From the NCBI GenBank assembly GCA_963702435.1, contig CAVPCR010000001.1:1152001-1216000 (forward strand): a stretch of 64,000 nucleotides of DNA. Direction: 5' to 3'. The stretch comes from Candidatus Eiseniibacteriota bacterium. Lineage in GTDB: Bacteria > Eisenbacteria > RBG-16-71-46 > CAVPCR01. Shown in pieces: positions 46,005-55,767 of this stretch (position 1 is its first letter; each line of letters begins with the position of its first letter). The translations under genes were made by a program, and so were the position numbers. The notes beneath the pieces are model-generated. The model did no database searches. It saw only the letters and a program-made list of their open reading frames with translations, and was not told where the DNA came from.

Positions 46005-48329
46005 CTACGCGGCGGTGCTGCCGCCGCGCTCGGGCGCGGCGCCGGGCGCGAACCGGCTGCCCGCGGCGGCCCGGGCCGCCGCTTCCGCAGCCGCGGCGGC
46101 CGGTTCCCGGCGCGGGACGAGCTCGCACACGCGGTTCAGGACCTGCCAGAGCACCGGGGCCGGCAGCTGGGCGGACGCGGCCTCCTTCTCCGCCGGCGAG
46201 AAGATGATGATGAGGGCGGAGTCTCCGTCCGGACCGGGCACGCCGACGTACGGAGCAGAGAGCTGGGGCGCGTCCGGATCGAACTCGGTCGCCACCATGC
46301 CTTCGGCCTCGACGCCCTTCTCCTGCACCCAGTCGACGAGGGACTCGAGCTTCTCCCAGGCCTGCGCCACGAGGCGCGCCGCATCGGGCGTCCCGGGTTG
46401 CGTCGACATTGGGATACCGCCGCCCGCCGGCACCCAGATCGCCGACTCGGCTGCCACGATGCCGAGCGTGAGGTCGAGGAGGGAACGGAGGCGACGCTCC
46501 CCCGGCAGGCTTTCGAGGTGCTCGGTCTCGTCGGTGATGCGCATCTTGAGCTCCGCAAGAAGCTCCTGGACCGCAACTCCCTCCTCGAGATCGACGATGC
46601 TCTCGATCTGGTCCACGATCTCGCGCACGGTGGCGAGAATCTCGTCCTTTGTGTTTGCCGCGAGCGGCACGCCGTCGAGGACAAAGACACTGCGGGCGCG
46701 GCCCGCGCCGACCGGGAAGATCACAGTCGCCGCGCGGTCGCCGGTCTTGTCGTCGGCGAGCTCGAAGAGGCTGGGCTGTCCGTGTTTCAGAACCCAGCCG
46801 AAGATGCCGCGATCGATCGACGGCAGACGCTCGGCGAGGGCCGCCAGGCCAAGGGCCGGGGAGGACGATTGGAAGCGGCGGCGCTGCTGATCGACGAGGA
46901 GGAACTGCGCCGCCTCCGCGCCGAGCGCCTTGCGCACGACCTCGCCCACCGCCCCGAGGCGGTCGGGCAGCGCCCGGTCGAGCGCCATGAGTCCGTCCAC
47001 CAGACGGTGGAGCGCGAGCCGGCGCTCCACGCCGGTGAGAAACCCGAGATCGACGGCCGACAGGATGATGCCGGGCAGCCGCCGGGAGAGCCGCGTGAGC
47101 GGATTCAGCACCTTCCTTTCGAGGAGGTTCTCGCGCGACTCGGCGTTGATGCTGAGGACGCCGATCGCCCGGCCCGAGAGCAGAACCGGCACGCTGGCGG
47201 CGATCCGGTAGACGGGGCGGCCGTCCTCCTCGGCGAGACTCGGAAACTGGCCGCGCTCGGTCATCGGATTGTGACTCGCGAACACGGTCCCGGCCGTCCC
47301 CTCGCCGATCCGCTGGCTGACGCGCTCGACCAGTTTCCGCGGCAGGCCGCGGGCCGCCGCGATACGCAGGTGCTCGCCGTCGGCGTCGACCAGCATGAGG
47401 CTGCTCGTCTTGGCCTGCGTGGCCTCGCGCGCGCATTCGAGGATCTCGTTGAGATCGGCGTTCTCGGCATCGAGGGCGATCGCCTGGACCTGGGGCAGCT
47501 CAACGCCGAGAAGCGTGCGCGCGTGGAAGAGGGACGCCCTCGCCGGACCAGGGGCGGACGTGAGAGGCAACGCGGGCGCGGGCGCAGGCTCGGCGGCCGG
47601 CGCGGGCTCGGCGGCGGGCGCGGGCTCGGCGGCCGGCGCAGGCTCGGCGGCCGGCGCGGGCTCGGCGGCCGGCGCGGGCTCTGTCTCCGGCGCCGTCCCT
47701 GCAACCAGCGCGGGCTCTGACTCCGCCACCGTCTCTGCATCCAGTGCCGGCGCCACCGCAGCCGGTGGCTCTTCTGCAAGCGCCACCGTCTCTGCATCCA
47801 GTGCCGGCTCCACCGCAGCCGGCGGCTCTTCTGCAAGCGCCACCGCCTCTGCATCCGGTGCCGGCTCCACCGCAGGCCCCGGCTCCACCACCGGCGCCTG
47901 CGCCGATCCCGGCGCAAAGGCCGCCGTCACCGCGTGCTCGCGCTGTTCCTCGGCCTCGCGATCCTGCCACACGGTGCGGCGGGCTCTGTCTTCCCGCGCG
48001 AGAGCCTCCATGAACTGACTCAGGCGCAGGACTTCGGCGGGGCTTCCCCGCAATTGCTCCTTGATCGAGACGAAGAGATAGATGTTCTGGCTCGCGACGA
48101 CGACGCGATCGCAGGAGGCGAGCGCCGCGGGGTGCGGCACGTCGATGACTGGAATGCCGAGCACACCAGCGGCGCGCGCCGCCTCCGAGTTCGCACTCCT
48201 GGACACGACGACCGCGACTTGCCAGGCCGGCCTCTGACTCGTGCGGATGAGCAGATCGACGGCGTTGTCGGGCAGCTCGACGAATCCGATCCTCTTCTTC
48301 GGACGGTGGTCGGAAGAAGGCGCAATCAC
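46005..48329 (-). CDS. GAF-domain protein with Pro/Ala/Glu repeat linker and no recognisable output domain
   Basis: SSLMLVD..LRIAAARGL..IGEGTAGTVF..SVPVLLSGRAIGVL GAF motif followed by further GAF-like segments. Confidence 0.75.
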   Translation of the reverse strand: MIAPSSDHRPKKRIGFVELPDNAVDLLIRTSQRPAWQVAVVVSRSANSEAARAAGVLGIPVIDVPHPAALASCDRVVVASQNIYLFVSIKEQLRGSPAEVLRLSQFMEALAREDRARRTVWQDREAEEQREHAVTAAFAPGSAQAPVVEPGPAVEPAPDAEAVALAEEPPAAVEPALDAETVALAEEPPAAVAPALDAETVAESEPALVAGTAPETEPAPAAEPAPAAEPAPAAEPAPAAEPAPAAEPAPAPALPLTSAPGPARASLFHARTLLGVELPQVQAIALDAENADLNEILECAREATQAKTSSLMLVDADGEHLRIAAARGLPRKLVERVSQRIGEGTAGTVFASHNPMTERGQFPSLAEEDGRPVYRIAASVPVLLSGRAIGVLSINAESRENLLERKVLNPLTRLSRRLPGIILSAVDLGFLTGVERRLALHRLVDGLMALDRALPDRLGAVGEVVRKALGAEAAQFLLVDQQRRRFQSSSPALGLAALAERLPSIDRGIFGWVLKHGQPSLFELADDKTGDRAATVIFPVGAGRARSVFVLDGVPLAANTKDEILATVREIVDQIESIVDLEEGVAVQELLAELKMRITDETEHLESLPGERRLRSLLDLTLGIVAAESAIWVPAGGGIPMSTQPGTPDAARLVAQAWEKLESLVDWVQEKGVEAEGMVATEFDPDAPQLSAPYVGVPGPDGDSALIIIFSPAEKEAASAQLPAPVLWQVLNRVCELVPRREPAAAAAEAAARAAAGSRFAPGAAPERGGSTAA
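47581..47876. repeat. Nested coding tandem repeats: 18-nt x5 (AAEPAP) and 57-nt x about 2.7 (VEPALDAETVALAEEPPAA)
   Basis: 18-nt units from 47581; 57-nt units start at 47724, 47781 and 47838. Confidence 0.9.
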
Positions 48330-48698
48330 TGTGAGCCTCCACGCCCCGCGCGCAGGTCAAGCGCATGCGCACGGCAAAGGTGCCGCCCCGTAGCCGGTTC
48401 CGGATTCGACTGCGGACGCGACCGGAATCGCGCCCTAACCGCCGGTGGGAGCGGCCATTACCGAGCCTCTATCGAGTTTTCGACGGCGCGGCCGCCAAGG
48501 TGAAGGATTCCGGAGGTGGAGGCAGGGAGGAGCGCCCCGACCCCGCTGCCGGAGAGGCGCCGGAGTCCGCCCGCCGGGTCGGATGCCCCAACCCGCGCGG
48601 ACCCGGCGCGCCGGCGGCGGGCACTCCTTCCCGCCTGCTGTGGGATAATCAGTGGGCTGCATCAGCTTGAAGCGTCGAGTCCCGAGGAGGGCCAGACC

Positions 48699-50390
48699 AT
48701 GGCTTGGTTCACGCTCGACACCTGCATCCGGTCCCGCCGCTCGCCGCTCGCACCGCCGGCCGCCTCCTGTCTCCTCCTCGCGCTCGGGCTCGGCCTCGCT
48801 GCGACCGCCGCGGCCGCGCTGCACACCCACGTGTCGCCGGACGGCCTCACGACCGCGCCCTGCACCTGCCGGCCGGCAACCGCCGCCGAGCGCGCGGACC
48901 TCACCATCGCGCCGGACGGCTTCGTGCAGGACGACCCGCGGGATTCCTACCGGAGGACCGAGGTCCCGCTGCCCATTGTGCCCGACTGGGTCGGCACCCG
49001 CGTGCGCGCAGTCGGTGTCCTCCTCTTCGGGGACGCAGATCGGGACGGCGACCAGGATCTCTTCGTCGGCACCTACTTCGCCAACCAGTGGCCGCCGCTC
49101 GCCGACTATTACAACTTCATGTACCTGAACACGGGCGGCGCGCTCGAGAACGAGCCGAGCTGGATCTCGGCCGATCAGAAGCACACGGGAGACGCCGAGT
49201 GGGGACTGTTGAACGTCGACAGCTATCCGGATCTCTTCCTCGCCAACGGCGGCCAGTCGCTGCAACCGAGCCAGGTCTTCTACGGACAGGACGGACTCCT
49301 GCCGAACACGGCGGGCTGGTCCTCGAGCGACGCGACCTGGACCATCGGCTGCGCGCTCGCCGACTTCGATCAGGACGGCGACGTGGACGTGGCCACGGCG
49401 AACCAGGGAAACACGGCAAATCCCTACCGGCCGACCCACATCTTCCGGAACCTCGGCACCGGCCTCGAGCCCGTCCCGTCGTGGTCCTCGGCGCAGATCG
49501 GGATCACGAACGACGTGGACTGGGGCGACATGGACGGCGACGACCGGCTGGATCTCGCCGTCTCGGGCTGGGTGAACTGGCAGAGCGGCGTCTTCCGGAA
49601 CCTCGGCAGCACGCTCGAGACCGGCTTCGCCTGGACGACCGGTCATCCCGAGCGCACCGACAAGGGCATCGGCTGGGCGCTCGTCGATGGCGACGCACGT
49701 CCCGATCTCGCGGTCGGCGGAAACGGAGCGGCGGACTGGATCTTCCGGAACGAGGGCTCGGCGCTCGGCGCCACCCCGATCTGGGCCTCGGCCGAGGCCT
49801 ATCACGGATGCCAGGATCTCAAGTGGGCGGACATCGACAACGATGGCGATCTCGACCTCGCCATCATGAACTTCTCGACCGGCCACGCCCGCATCTACCT
49901 CAACACGAACGGTGTGCTGCCGACGATCGCCGACTGGCAATACGATGCAGCCGTGAGCGGCACGGCTCTCGCGTTCGGCGACGTGAACGGCGACGGGCGG
50001 CTCGACCTCGCGATCGGGACGGCCAACGGCCCGGTCGAGCTGTTCCTGAACACGGGCGGGGCGGCTGCCGCCGGCGACGCGGGCGCGCCCGCCGCGTCGG
50101 CTCGCCTCCGGATCGCCTTCGCACCGCACCCGATCGGACCGGCGTCGCGCCTCCTCCTCGACGCGGATCGCCCCTTCGCGATCGAACGCCTCACGCTCGC
50201 CGATGCGGCCGGCCGCCGGGTCGCGCTCGCCCCGGCCATCACGGGACCGGCGCGCCACCACGAGCTCGCCGCCCCGATCGGCGCGGCCGGGCGCCTCGCC
50301 GCCGGCGTGTACTTCCTCACCGTGAGCGGCCGCGACGAGACGGGACGCACCATGGACGGGACCGCGCGGGTCGTCCTTCTCGTTCCATGA
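48699..50390 (+). CDS. Secreted FG-GAP/VCBS repeat protein with a degenerate T9SS-like C-terminal domain
   Basis: About seven GDxDxDGDxDL repeats; C-terminus APHPI...DAAGRRV...AAGVYFL; ATG 48699 after GAGGAGG. Confidence 0.88.
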   Translation: MAWFTLDTCIRSRRSPLAPPAASCLLLALGLGLAATAAAALHTHVSPDGLTTAPCTCRPATAAERADLTIAPDGFVQDDPRDSYRRTEVPLPIVPDWVGTRVRAVGVLLFGDADRDGDQDLFVGTYFANQWPPLADYYNFMYLNTGGALENEPSWISADQKHTGDAEWGLLNVDSYPDLFLANGGQSLQPSQVFYGQDGLLPNTAGWSSSDATWTIGCALADFDQDGDVDVATANQGNTANPYRPTHIFRNLGTGLEPVPSWSSAQIGITNDVDWGDMDGDDRLDLAVSGWVNWQSGVFRNLGSTLETGFAWTTGHPERTDKGIGWALVDGDARPDLAVGGNGAADWIFRNEGSALGATPIWASAEAYHGCQDLKWADIDNDGDLDLAIMNFSTGHARIYLNTNGVLPTIADWQYDAAVSGTALAFGDVNGDGRLDLAIGTANGPVELFLNTGGAAAAGDAGAPAASARLRIAFAPHPIGPASRLLLDADRPFAIERLTLADAAGRRVALAPAITGPARHHELAAPIGAAGRLAAGVYFLTVSGRDETGRTMDGTARVVLLVP

Positions 50391-51388
50391 TTCATCGCGC
50401 GGCGCCGCCCCTCCGGCCGTCGGCCCTGCCGAGCGGCGGGCGGCTGCCGGGCTACGTCGCTCTCCACCGCTCGGGCGAGCTCCGCCGGCGCGCCGAGGAA
50501 GCGACGGCGGCGCTCGCGCGCTGCCGCGTCTGCCCGTGGCACTGCGACGTGGATCGCCTTGCGGGCGAGGAACGTATCTGCCACACCGGCCGCCACGCGC
50601 GGGTCGCGAGCGCGTTCCCGCACCACGGCGAGGAGGATTGCCTCCGCGGATGGCGCGGCAGCGGCACCATCTTCTTCGCCCGCTGCAACCTCGGCTGCGT
50701 CTTCTGCCAGAACTTCGACCTGAGCCAGCGCGACGCGGGCGTCGAGCTCGGGCCCGAACAGATCGCCCGTCTGATGCTCGAGCTCCAGCTCGCCGGCTGC
50801 CACAACGTGAATCTCGTGACGCCGGAGCATGTCGTGCCGCAGGTGCTCGCAGCCCTCGATCTGGCGATCGCCAACGGGCTCCGCATTCCGATTGTCTACA
50901 ACACGAGCGGACTCGATTCGCTCGAGAGCCTCGAGTCGCTCGCCGGCATCGTCGACATCTACATGCCGGACTTCAAGCTGTGGACGGAGGAGGCCGCCCG
51001 CCGTTACCTCAAGTGCCCCGACTATCCCGAGGCTGCGCGCGCCGCGCTCCGCGCGATGCACGGGCAGGTGGGCGACCTCGTGATCAGCGCCGACGGGCTC
51101 GCCGAGCGCGGACTCCTCGTCCGTCATCTCGTGATGCCCGGGATGCTGGAGGAAACGCGCGAGATCCTCCGCTTCCTCGCCACCGAGATCTCGCGCGACA
51201 CGTATGTGAACCTGATGGACCAGTACCGCCCGGCGAACCGCGTGGGGCCCGATCGCTACCCGGAGATCGACCGCCGGATCACGGACGGCGAGCTCGTCGC
51301 GGCCTACGCGATGGCTCGCGAGGTCGGACTCCACCGCTTCGACGCGGAGCCGCCCGTGACCGGCCAGGCCGGGGAGCCACCATCGTGA
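50387..51388 (+). CDS. PflX-like radical SAM protein
   Basis: CRVCPWHC, HHGEEDCL.G.RGSGTIFF, CNLGCVFCQN, DIYMPDFK, LLVRHLVMPG. Confidence 0.92.
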   Translation: MIHRAAPPLRPSALPSGGRLPGYVALHRSGELRRRAEEATAALARCRVCPWHCDVDRLAGEERICHTGRHARVASAFPHHGEEDCLRGWRGSGTIFFARCNLGCVFCQNFDLSQRDAGVELGPEQIARLMLELQLAGCHNVNLVTPEHVVPQVLAALDLAIANGLRIPIVYNTSGLDSLESLESLAGIVDIYMPDFKLWTEEAARRYLKCPDYPEAARAALRAMHGQVGDLVISADGLAERGLLVRHLVMPGMLEETREILRFLATEISRDTYVNLMDQYRPANRVGPDRYPEIDRRITDGELVAAYAMAREVGLHRFDAEPPVTGQAGEPPS

Positions 51389-52914
51389 AGATCCCCGCTC
51401 TTCTCGCCGCGCTCGTGTTGTCGGGCGGGCTGGGCATCGCGCCGACCGCGCCGGCCGCGCAGGCTGCGCAGGCTGCGCCCACGCTTCCTCCTCGCGCCGG
51501 CGCCCCGACCCAGAATCGAACCTGGGAGCCGGTGCACGCGTTCGCCCTCGACCCGGTCAGCCACGACACCTACGGGCTCTCCTATCCGATCACGTACATG
51601 CTGACCATTCCCCCGGGCGCCGCCGACCTGCGAGCCTTCAAGTACGTGGAGCAGTGGGAGCCGTTGCCAACGCGTCTCTCGACCGAGGTCTTCAGCGGCG
51701 TCGAGGCCGCGCGGTTCGACTATCAGGCGGGGCAGGCCATCGTCTCGGTGTCGTTCCCGGCCGAGTCCGACGTCATCTCGATCGCGCTCTTCGATCGGTT
51801 CAACCGGCCGGTCAGCACGGCCTTCGACTCGGTCGCCCGCTATTACGACGACAGCAAGGCCGTCGTCGTCCTGACCGGAGATGACTGGCAGGAGCATGAC
51901 AATGCGGCCTTTGCCGCCGCCTGCAGCGCCTGCCGCTCCCGCAATCTGTGGTTCACGCCTGGGATCTGCACCCGCGGGATGGCCGAAACGGGATGGGGCC
52001 CTCCCGACTGGGGTCTCATCCAGCAGGAAGTCGACAGCGGCCATGTCGAACCGGCGTCCCATTCCCGCTACCACCTGTTTCCCCCGTACGACTATCCGCA
52101 GTGGGGGATTCAGTCGAGCTACGAGGACGAGATCGGCGGCAGCAGGGACGACATCCTTCAGAACCTCGTCATGCCGCCGTTGAACCGGAGGGGCGACACG
52201 GAACACCTGTACTGCTGGATCAGACCGTTCGCCCGGATCGACCCGACTGCGTGTCGGATGCTGGGGGAGTTCGGCTACCTGGCGGACCGGCAGGGTCCGT
52301 ACAGCCGCTGGTTCGCGACCTGGAATGGGACATGCGGCGTCTACCCCGTGGCCGTCACCTCCTGGATCGACACGATGACGGTGGCCGCCCCCATGAACTC
52401 CATCTTCGATTGGATCGTCCAGGAGGGCAGCATCTACTACATGCTCTGTCACCCGCGCGCCGTCGATTGGGAATCCGGTCCGGTCATCGAACATCTGGAC
52501 CATGTCGCCAACCGGCCGGACCTCTGGTACGTAGGCTTGGGCCATCTCTATGTCTATCACTATATGAAGGAGATGAATCTCATCGCGCACGTGATCCCGA
52601 CCTCTGTGGAGGGCCGGCCTGACGCGAGACGTCCGGCCGCGCCGCGGCTCCAGGTGGCGGAGCCGAACCCCTTCTCCGATCGCACCGCGATCCGCTTCGA
52701 TCTGCCGTCGAGCGGGCCCGTTCAGCTGCGGATCTACGACATCCGGGGACGACTGGTGAGACGACTCCTCGCTGAGACCAGGGAGTCGGGTTCCTACGCG
52801 ATCCCGTGGAACGGCCGCGATGACGGCGGGGCTCCGGCGGCCTCCGGCGTCTATGTCGCGAGACTGGAGGCCGGCGGGGCGATCCTCGCCCGGCGATTCG
52901 TCAAGGTGAGATGA
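51385..52914 (+). CDS. Secreted CE4/NodB-like polysaccharide deacetylase domain protein with FlgD-Ig/T9SS-like C-terminal domain
   Basis: GTG start overlapping the pflX stop; signal peptide; VVLTGDDW and ASHSRYH motifs; PNPFSDRT...IYDIRGRLVRRL...WNGRD...SGVYVARL. Confidence 0.78.
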   Translation: MKIPALLAALVLSGGLGIAPTAPAAQAAQAAPTLPPRAGAPTQNRTWEPVHAFALDPVSHDTYGLSYPITYMLTIPPGAADLRAFKYVEQWEPLPTRLSTEVFSGVEAARFDYQAGQAIVSVSFPAESDVISIALFDRFNRPVSTAFDSVARYYDDSKAVVVLTGDDWQEHDNAAFAAACSACRSRNLWFTPGICTRGMAETGWGPPDWGLIQQEVDSGHVEPASHSRYHLFPPYDYPQWGIQSSYEDEIGGSRDDILQNLVMPPLNRRGDTEHLYCWIRPFARIDPTACRMLGEFGYLADRQGPYSRWFATWNGTCGVYPVAVTSWIDTMTVAAPMNSIFDWIVQEGSIYYMLCHPRAVDWESGPVIEHLDHVANRPDLWYVGLGHLYVYHYMKEMNLIAHVIPTSVEGRPDARRPAAPRLQVAEPNPFSDRTAIRFDLPSSGPVQLRIYDIRGRLVRRLLAETRESGSYAIPWNGRDDGGAPAASGVYVARLEAGGAILARRFVKVR

Positions 52915-53032
52915 AGGCCGGTGCGGCTGCCATCAGGAGAACGCAGCGGCTCCTGCGTCGTTGCGGATGAACACGCCGAGCCAGTAGTTGCCCTGCCGCT
53001 TCCCGGCCAGCGGCTCCAGCAGATTGCTCTAG

Positions 53033-54007
53033 CTAGTACCCGCGCTCCAGATCCACGCGGTTCGGCAGCGGTTCGCCGCGGGCCGCCGCATTGAGGAGCG
53101 CCGCGAGCGCCGCCATCCGGCGCGACTCGGTCTCCACGTTGTCGCCGGCGCGGTGGGGGCTCAGGACGACGTTGTCCAGCTCGTGGAACGGGAGGCGCGC
53201 CGGCAGCGTGCCCGCGTGGGCTGCTTCGTTCTCGGGGTAACGGTACCAGACATCGAGCCCGGCGGCGCGCAGGCGCCGCGACGCGAGCGCGTCGTAGAGC
53301 GCCTCTTCGTCGACGATCGGCCCGCGACCGATGTTGACGAGAATGGCATCGGGTGGGAGGAGCGCGAGCTCGCGCGCGCCGATGAGCCCTTCCGTCTCCG
53401 GAGTGAGCGGCAGGCACACGACGAGAACCTGCGCCCGCGGGAGAAGAGTAGGCAGCGCCGAGGCCGGGTGCATCGCGATCCCTTCCGCGGTGACGGTCGC
53501 CGTCGCGCTGCGCCGCGTGGCGAGCACCTGCATCTCGAGAGCGCGGCAGGCCCGCGCCACGCGCTCCCCGATGGCGCCGAAGCCGAGGATGAGGGCCGTT
53601 CTCCCCCGGAGCTCGATCGAGTGCTGCCCCTGGTAGCGCGGCCGCCAGTCGCCGGCCCGGAGGGCGCGATCGAGCGGCACGATGGACTTGGCCGCGGCCA
53701 TGAGCAGGGCGACCGCCATCTCGGCGGTGGCCGCCGCGTTGTGGTGGAGGTTGTGCACGGCGATGTGCGGATGCGCGAGGAGGAGATCGCGGGTCTTCCG
53801 CGGCACCCCTGCCCACGGGATGACGACCGCCTCGAGCACCGCACAGCGCGCGAGGATCTCCGGCGTGATGCGGCCGGCGACGAGGATCCGGCAATCGGCC
53901 GGCGGATCCTCTCCCGCCGTGAGGCGGATGGCAGGATCGAGCGCCGTGTCGAACTCGGCGCGGAGATCCTCATCGGGGGGCTCGATCAGGTGCACTGGGA
54001 GCGACAT
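53033..54007 (-). CDS. D-isomer-specific 2-hydroxyacid dehydrogenase
   Basis: ILGFGAIG, LPLTPETEGLI, VNIGRG, AGLDVW, LSPHRAG. Confidence 0.93.
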   Translation of the reverse strand: MSLPVHLIEPPDEDLRAEFDTALDPAIRLTAGEDPPADCRILVAGRITPEILARCAVLEAVVIPWAGVPRKTRDLLLAHPHIAVHNLHHNAAATAEMAVALLMAAAKSIVPLDRALRAGDWRPRYQGQHSIELRGRTALILGFGAIGERVARACRALEMQVLATRRSATATVTAEGIAMHPASALPTLLPRAQVLVVCLPLTPETEGLIGARELALLPPDAILVNIGRGPIVDEEALYDALASRRLRAAGLDVWYRYPENEAAHAGTLPARLPFHELDNVVLSPHRAGDNVETESRRMAALAALLNAAARGEPLPNRVDLERGY

Positions 54008-54339
54008 GGACGGGATCATACTGGAATGACGCGCGGACGGACTGCCCGGCGATGAGATGGCCGGGCAGGAACGCCTGCGCTAGAATCGCGGCCGCCGCTG
54101 CGCCAGGACGCCCGGACGCTGGCGACATTAGAAGCCTTGATCGGACAGCTCTATCCGGTGATCATGTTGGCCTGGCTGGTCTCGCTCCATGTCATGCACG
54201 AGTCCAGATGAGTGGAACGATCACGGCGCGATGCCATGGAGCCGGCGAGACGAGCGCAGTGTAGAATGACGGCCGATCCCTTCCCCCGACCGAGACCAGA
54301 GCCCAGGGCCCCGAGCCCAGAGCCCATCGGAGGTGCCTC

Positions 54340-55065
54340 ATGACCGACAGCCATCACGATGATGCCGACCCGCAGATCACGCGCCGCGAGTTCCTTGCCG
54401 CCGCGGGCGTTGCCGCGGCCGGCGTCGCCGCCGCCGCGGTGACCGGTTTCCCGCACATCGCACGCGCGGCTTCCCCCATCACGTTGCCCCCGCTGCCCTA
54501 TGCGGACGACGCGCTCGCGCCGGTGATCTCGGCCAACACGATCGGCTTCCACCACGGCAAGCACCACAAGGCCTACGTCGACAACCTGAACAAGCTCGTC
54601 GCCGGCACCCCGATGGCCGACATGTCGCTCGAGAAGATCGTGAGCGCAAGCTCCGGGCAGGCCGAGCGCACCGCGATCTTCAACAATGCAGCGCAGGTAT
54701 GGAATCACACCTTCTACTGGTCGAGCCTCAAACCCGCGGGCGGCGGTGAGCCGCCGGCCGCGCTCAAGGAGCGCATCGTGACGGCGTTCGGCAGCGTTGA
54801 CGCGTGCAGGAAGGCGCTCGCCGAGGCAGCGACCGGCCAGTTCGGAAGCGGCTGGGCGTGGCTCGTCGCGGACGGCGGCACGCTCAAGGTCGTGAAGACG
54901 GCGAACGCGGACAATCCGACGACCCAGGGCTTGAAGCCGCTCCTCACGATCGACGTCTGGGAGCACGCTTACTACCTGGACTACCAGAACCGACGCGTCG
55001 AGTACGTGAACGCGGTCCTCGACAAGCTCGTGAACTGGGAGTTCGCCGCGGCGAACCTCGGCTGA
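54340..55065 (+). CDS. sodB: Tat-exported Fe superoxide dismutase
   Basis: TRREFL twin-arginine signal; [23 protein letters not shown] (Fe-type), [11 protein letters not shown]. Confidence 0.93.
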   Translation: MTDSHHDDADPQITRREFLAAAGVAAAGVAAAAVTGFPHIARAASPITLPPLPYADDALAPVISANTIGFHHGKHHKAYVDNLNKLVAGTPMADMSLEKIVSASSGQAERTAIFNNAAQVWNHTFYWSSLKPAGGGEPPAALKERIVTAFGSVDACRKALAEAATGQFGSGWAWLVADGGTLKVVKTANADNPTTQGLKPLLTIDVWEHAYYLDYQNRRVEYVNAVLDKLVNWEFAAANLG

Positions 55066-55193
55066 GATCGCGGCCGCCCCACGGGACGTCGGCACCATCG
55101 GGCGCTCGACGCGGGGAGGGATTCACCGCCACGGCATGCTCCGGATCATGCCAGCCATGCCGGCCACGGTGACCACCGGAAACGGAGACGACA

Positions 55194-55697
55194 ATGGGAA
55201 CGAGAGGTCGTGAGATCGTCGGTATGGACGTCGAGCAGCTCCTCGAGCTGCTCAACCAGGCCTATGCGAGCGAGTGGCTCGCCTACTACCAGTACTGGCT
55301 CGGCGCGAAGCTCATCAAGGGCCCGATGAAGGATGCAGTGGCCGCCGAGCTCAACCTGCATGCGACCGAGGAGCTGAACCATGCGGCCCTGGTCGCGAAC
55401 CGCATCATCCAGATCGGCGGCACGCCCGTGCTCACACCCGAGGCCTGGGGGAAGATCAGCCCGTGCGCTTACGACGCACCGGCGGACCCCTACGTGGCTG
55501 CCCTGCTCGACCAGAACATCGCGGGCGAGCAGTGCGCGATCTCCGCGTACAAGGGTCTGATGGACGCGACCAAGGACAAGGACATGGTGACGTATAACAT
55601 GGCGCTCACCATCCTCGAGCAGGAGGTCGAGCACGAGGAGGATCTGCAGAGTCTGCGGGAGGATCTCGATCTCATGGTGCTGCGCGGAAGCAAGTAG
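55194..55697 (+). CDS. DPS-like (DPSL/thioferritin) ferritin-superfamily protein
   Basis: AYASEWLAYYQYW, EELNHA, SPCAY and GEQCAI Cys pair, EVEHEEDL. Confidence 0.88.
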   Translation: MGTRGREIVGMDVEQLLELLNQAYASEWLAYYQYWLGAKLIKGPMKDAVAAELNLHATEELNHAALVANRIIQIGGTPVLTPEAWGKISPCAYDAPADPYVAALLDQNIAGEQCAISAYKGLMDATKDKDMVTYNMALTILEQEVEHEEDLQSLREDLDLMVLRGSK

Positions 55698-55767
55698 GCC
55701 CCGCCGGCTCCCGGTCAGAAGGAGAGCACACCTTGTCCCTCGGGCCCGGCGGGTCCACACTGGCCCC

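Noticed and set aside
48370..48466. Possible c-di-GMP-I (GEMM) riboswitch: GGCAAA...GGACGC...CCTAA...TTACCGA fragments
   Set aside because: P2 and P3 stems do not pair, there is no GNRA loop or GCAAA junction, and the spacing is wrong; an Infernal hit would be needed
48477..48503. sigma28-like element (TCAC-N15-GTCGAAAA, minus strand) upstream of the GAF gene
   Set aside because: Several mismatches in both boxes and about 150 nt from the start; too weak to call
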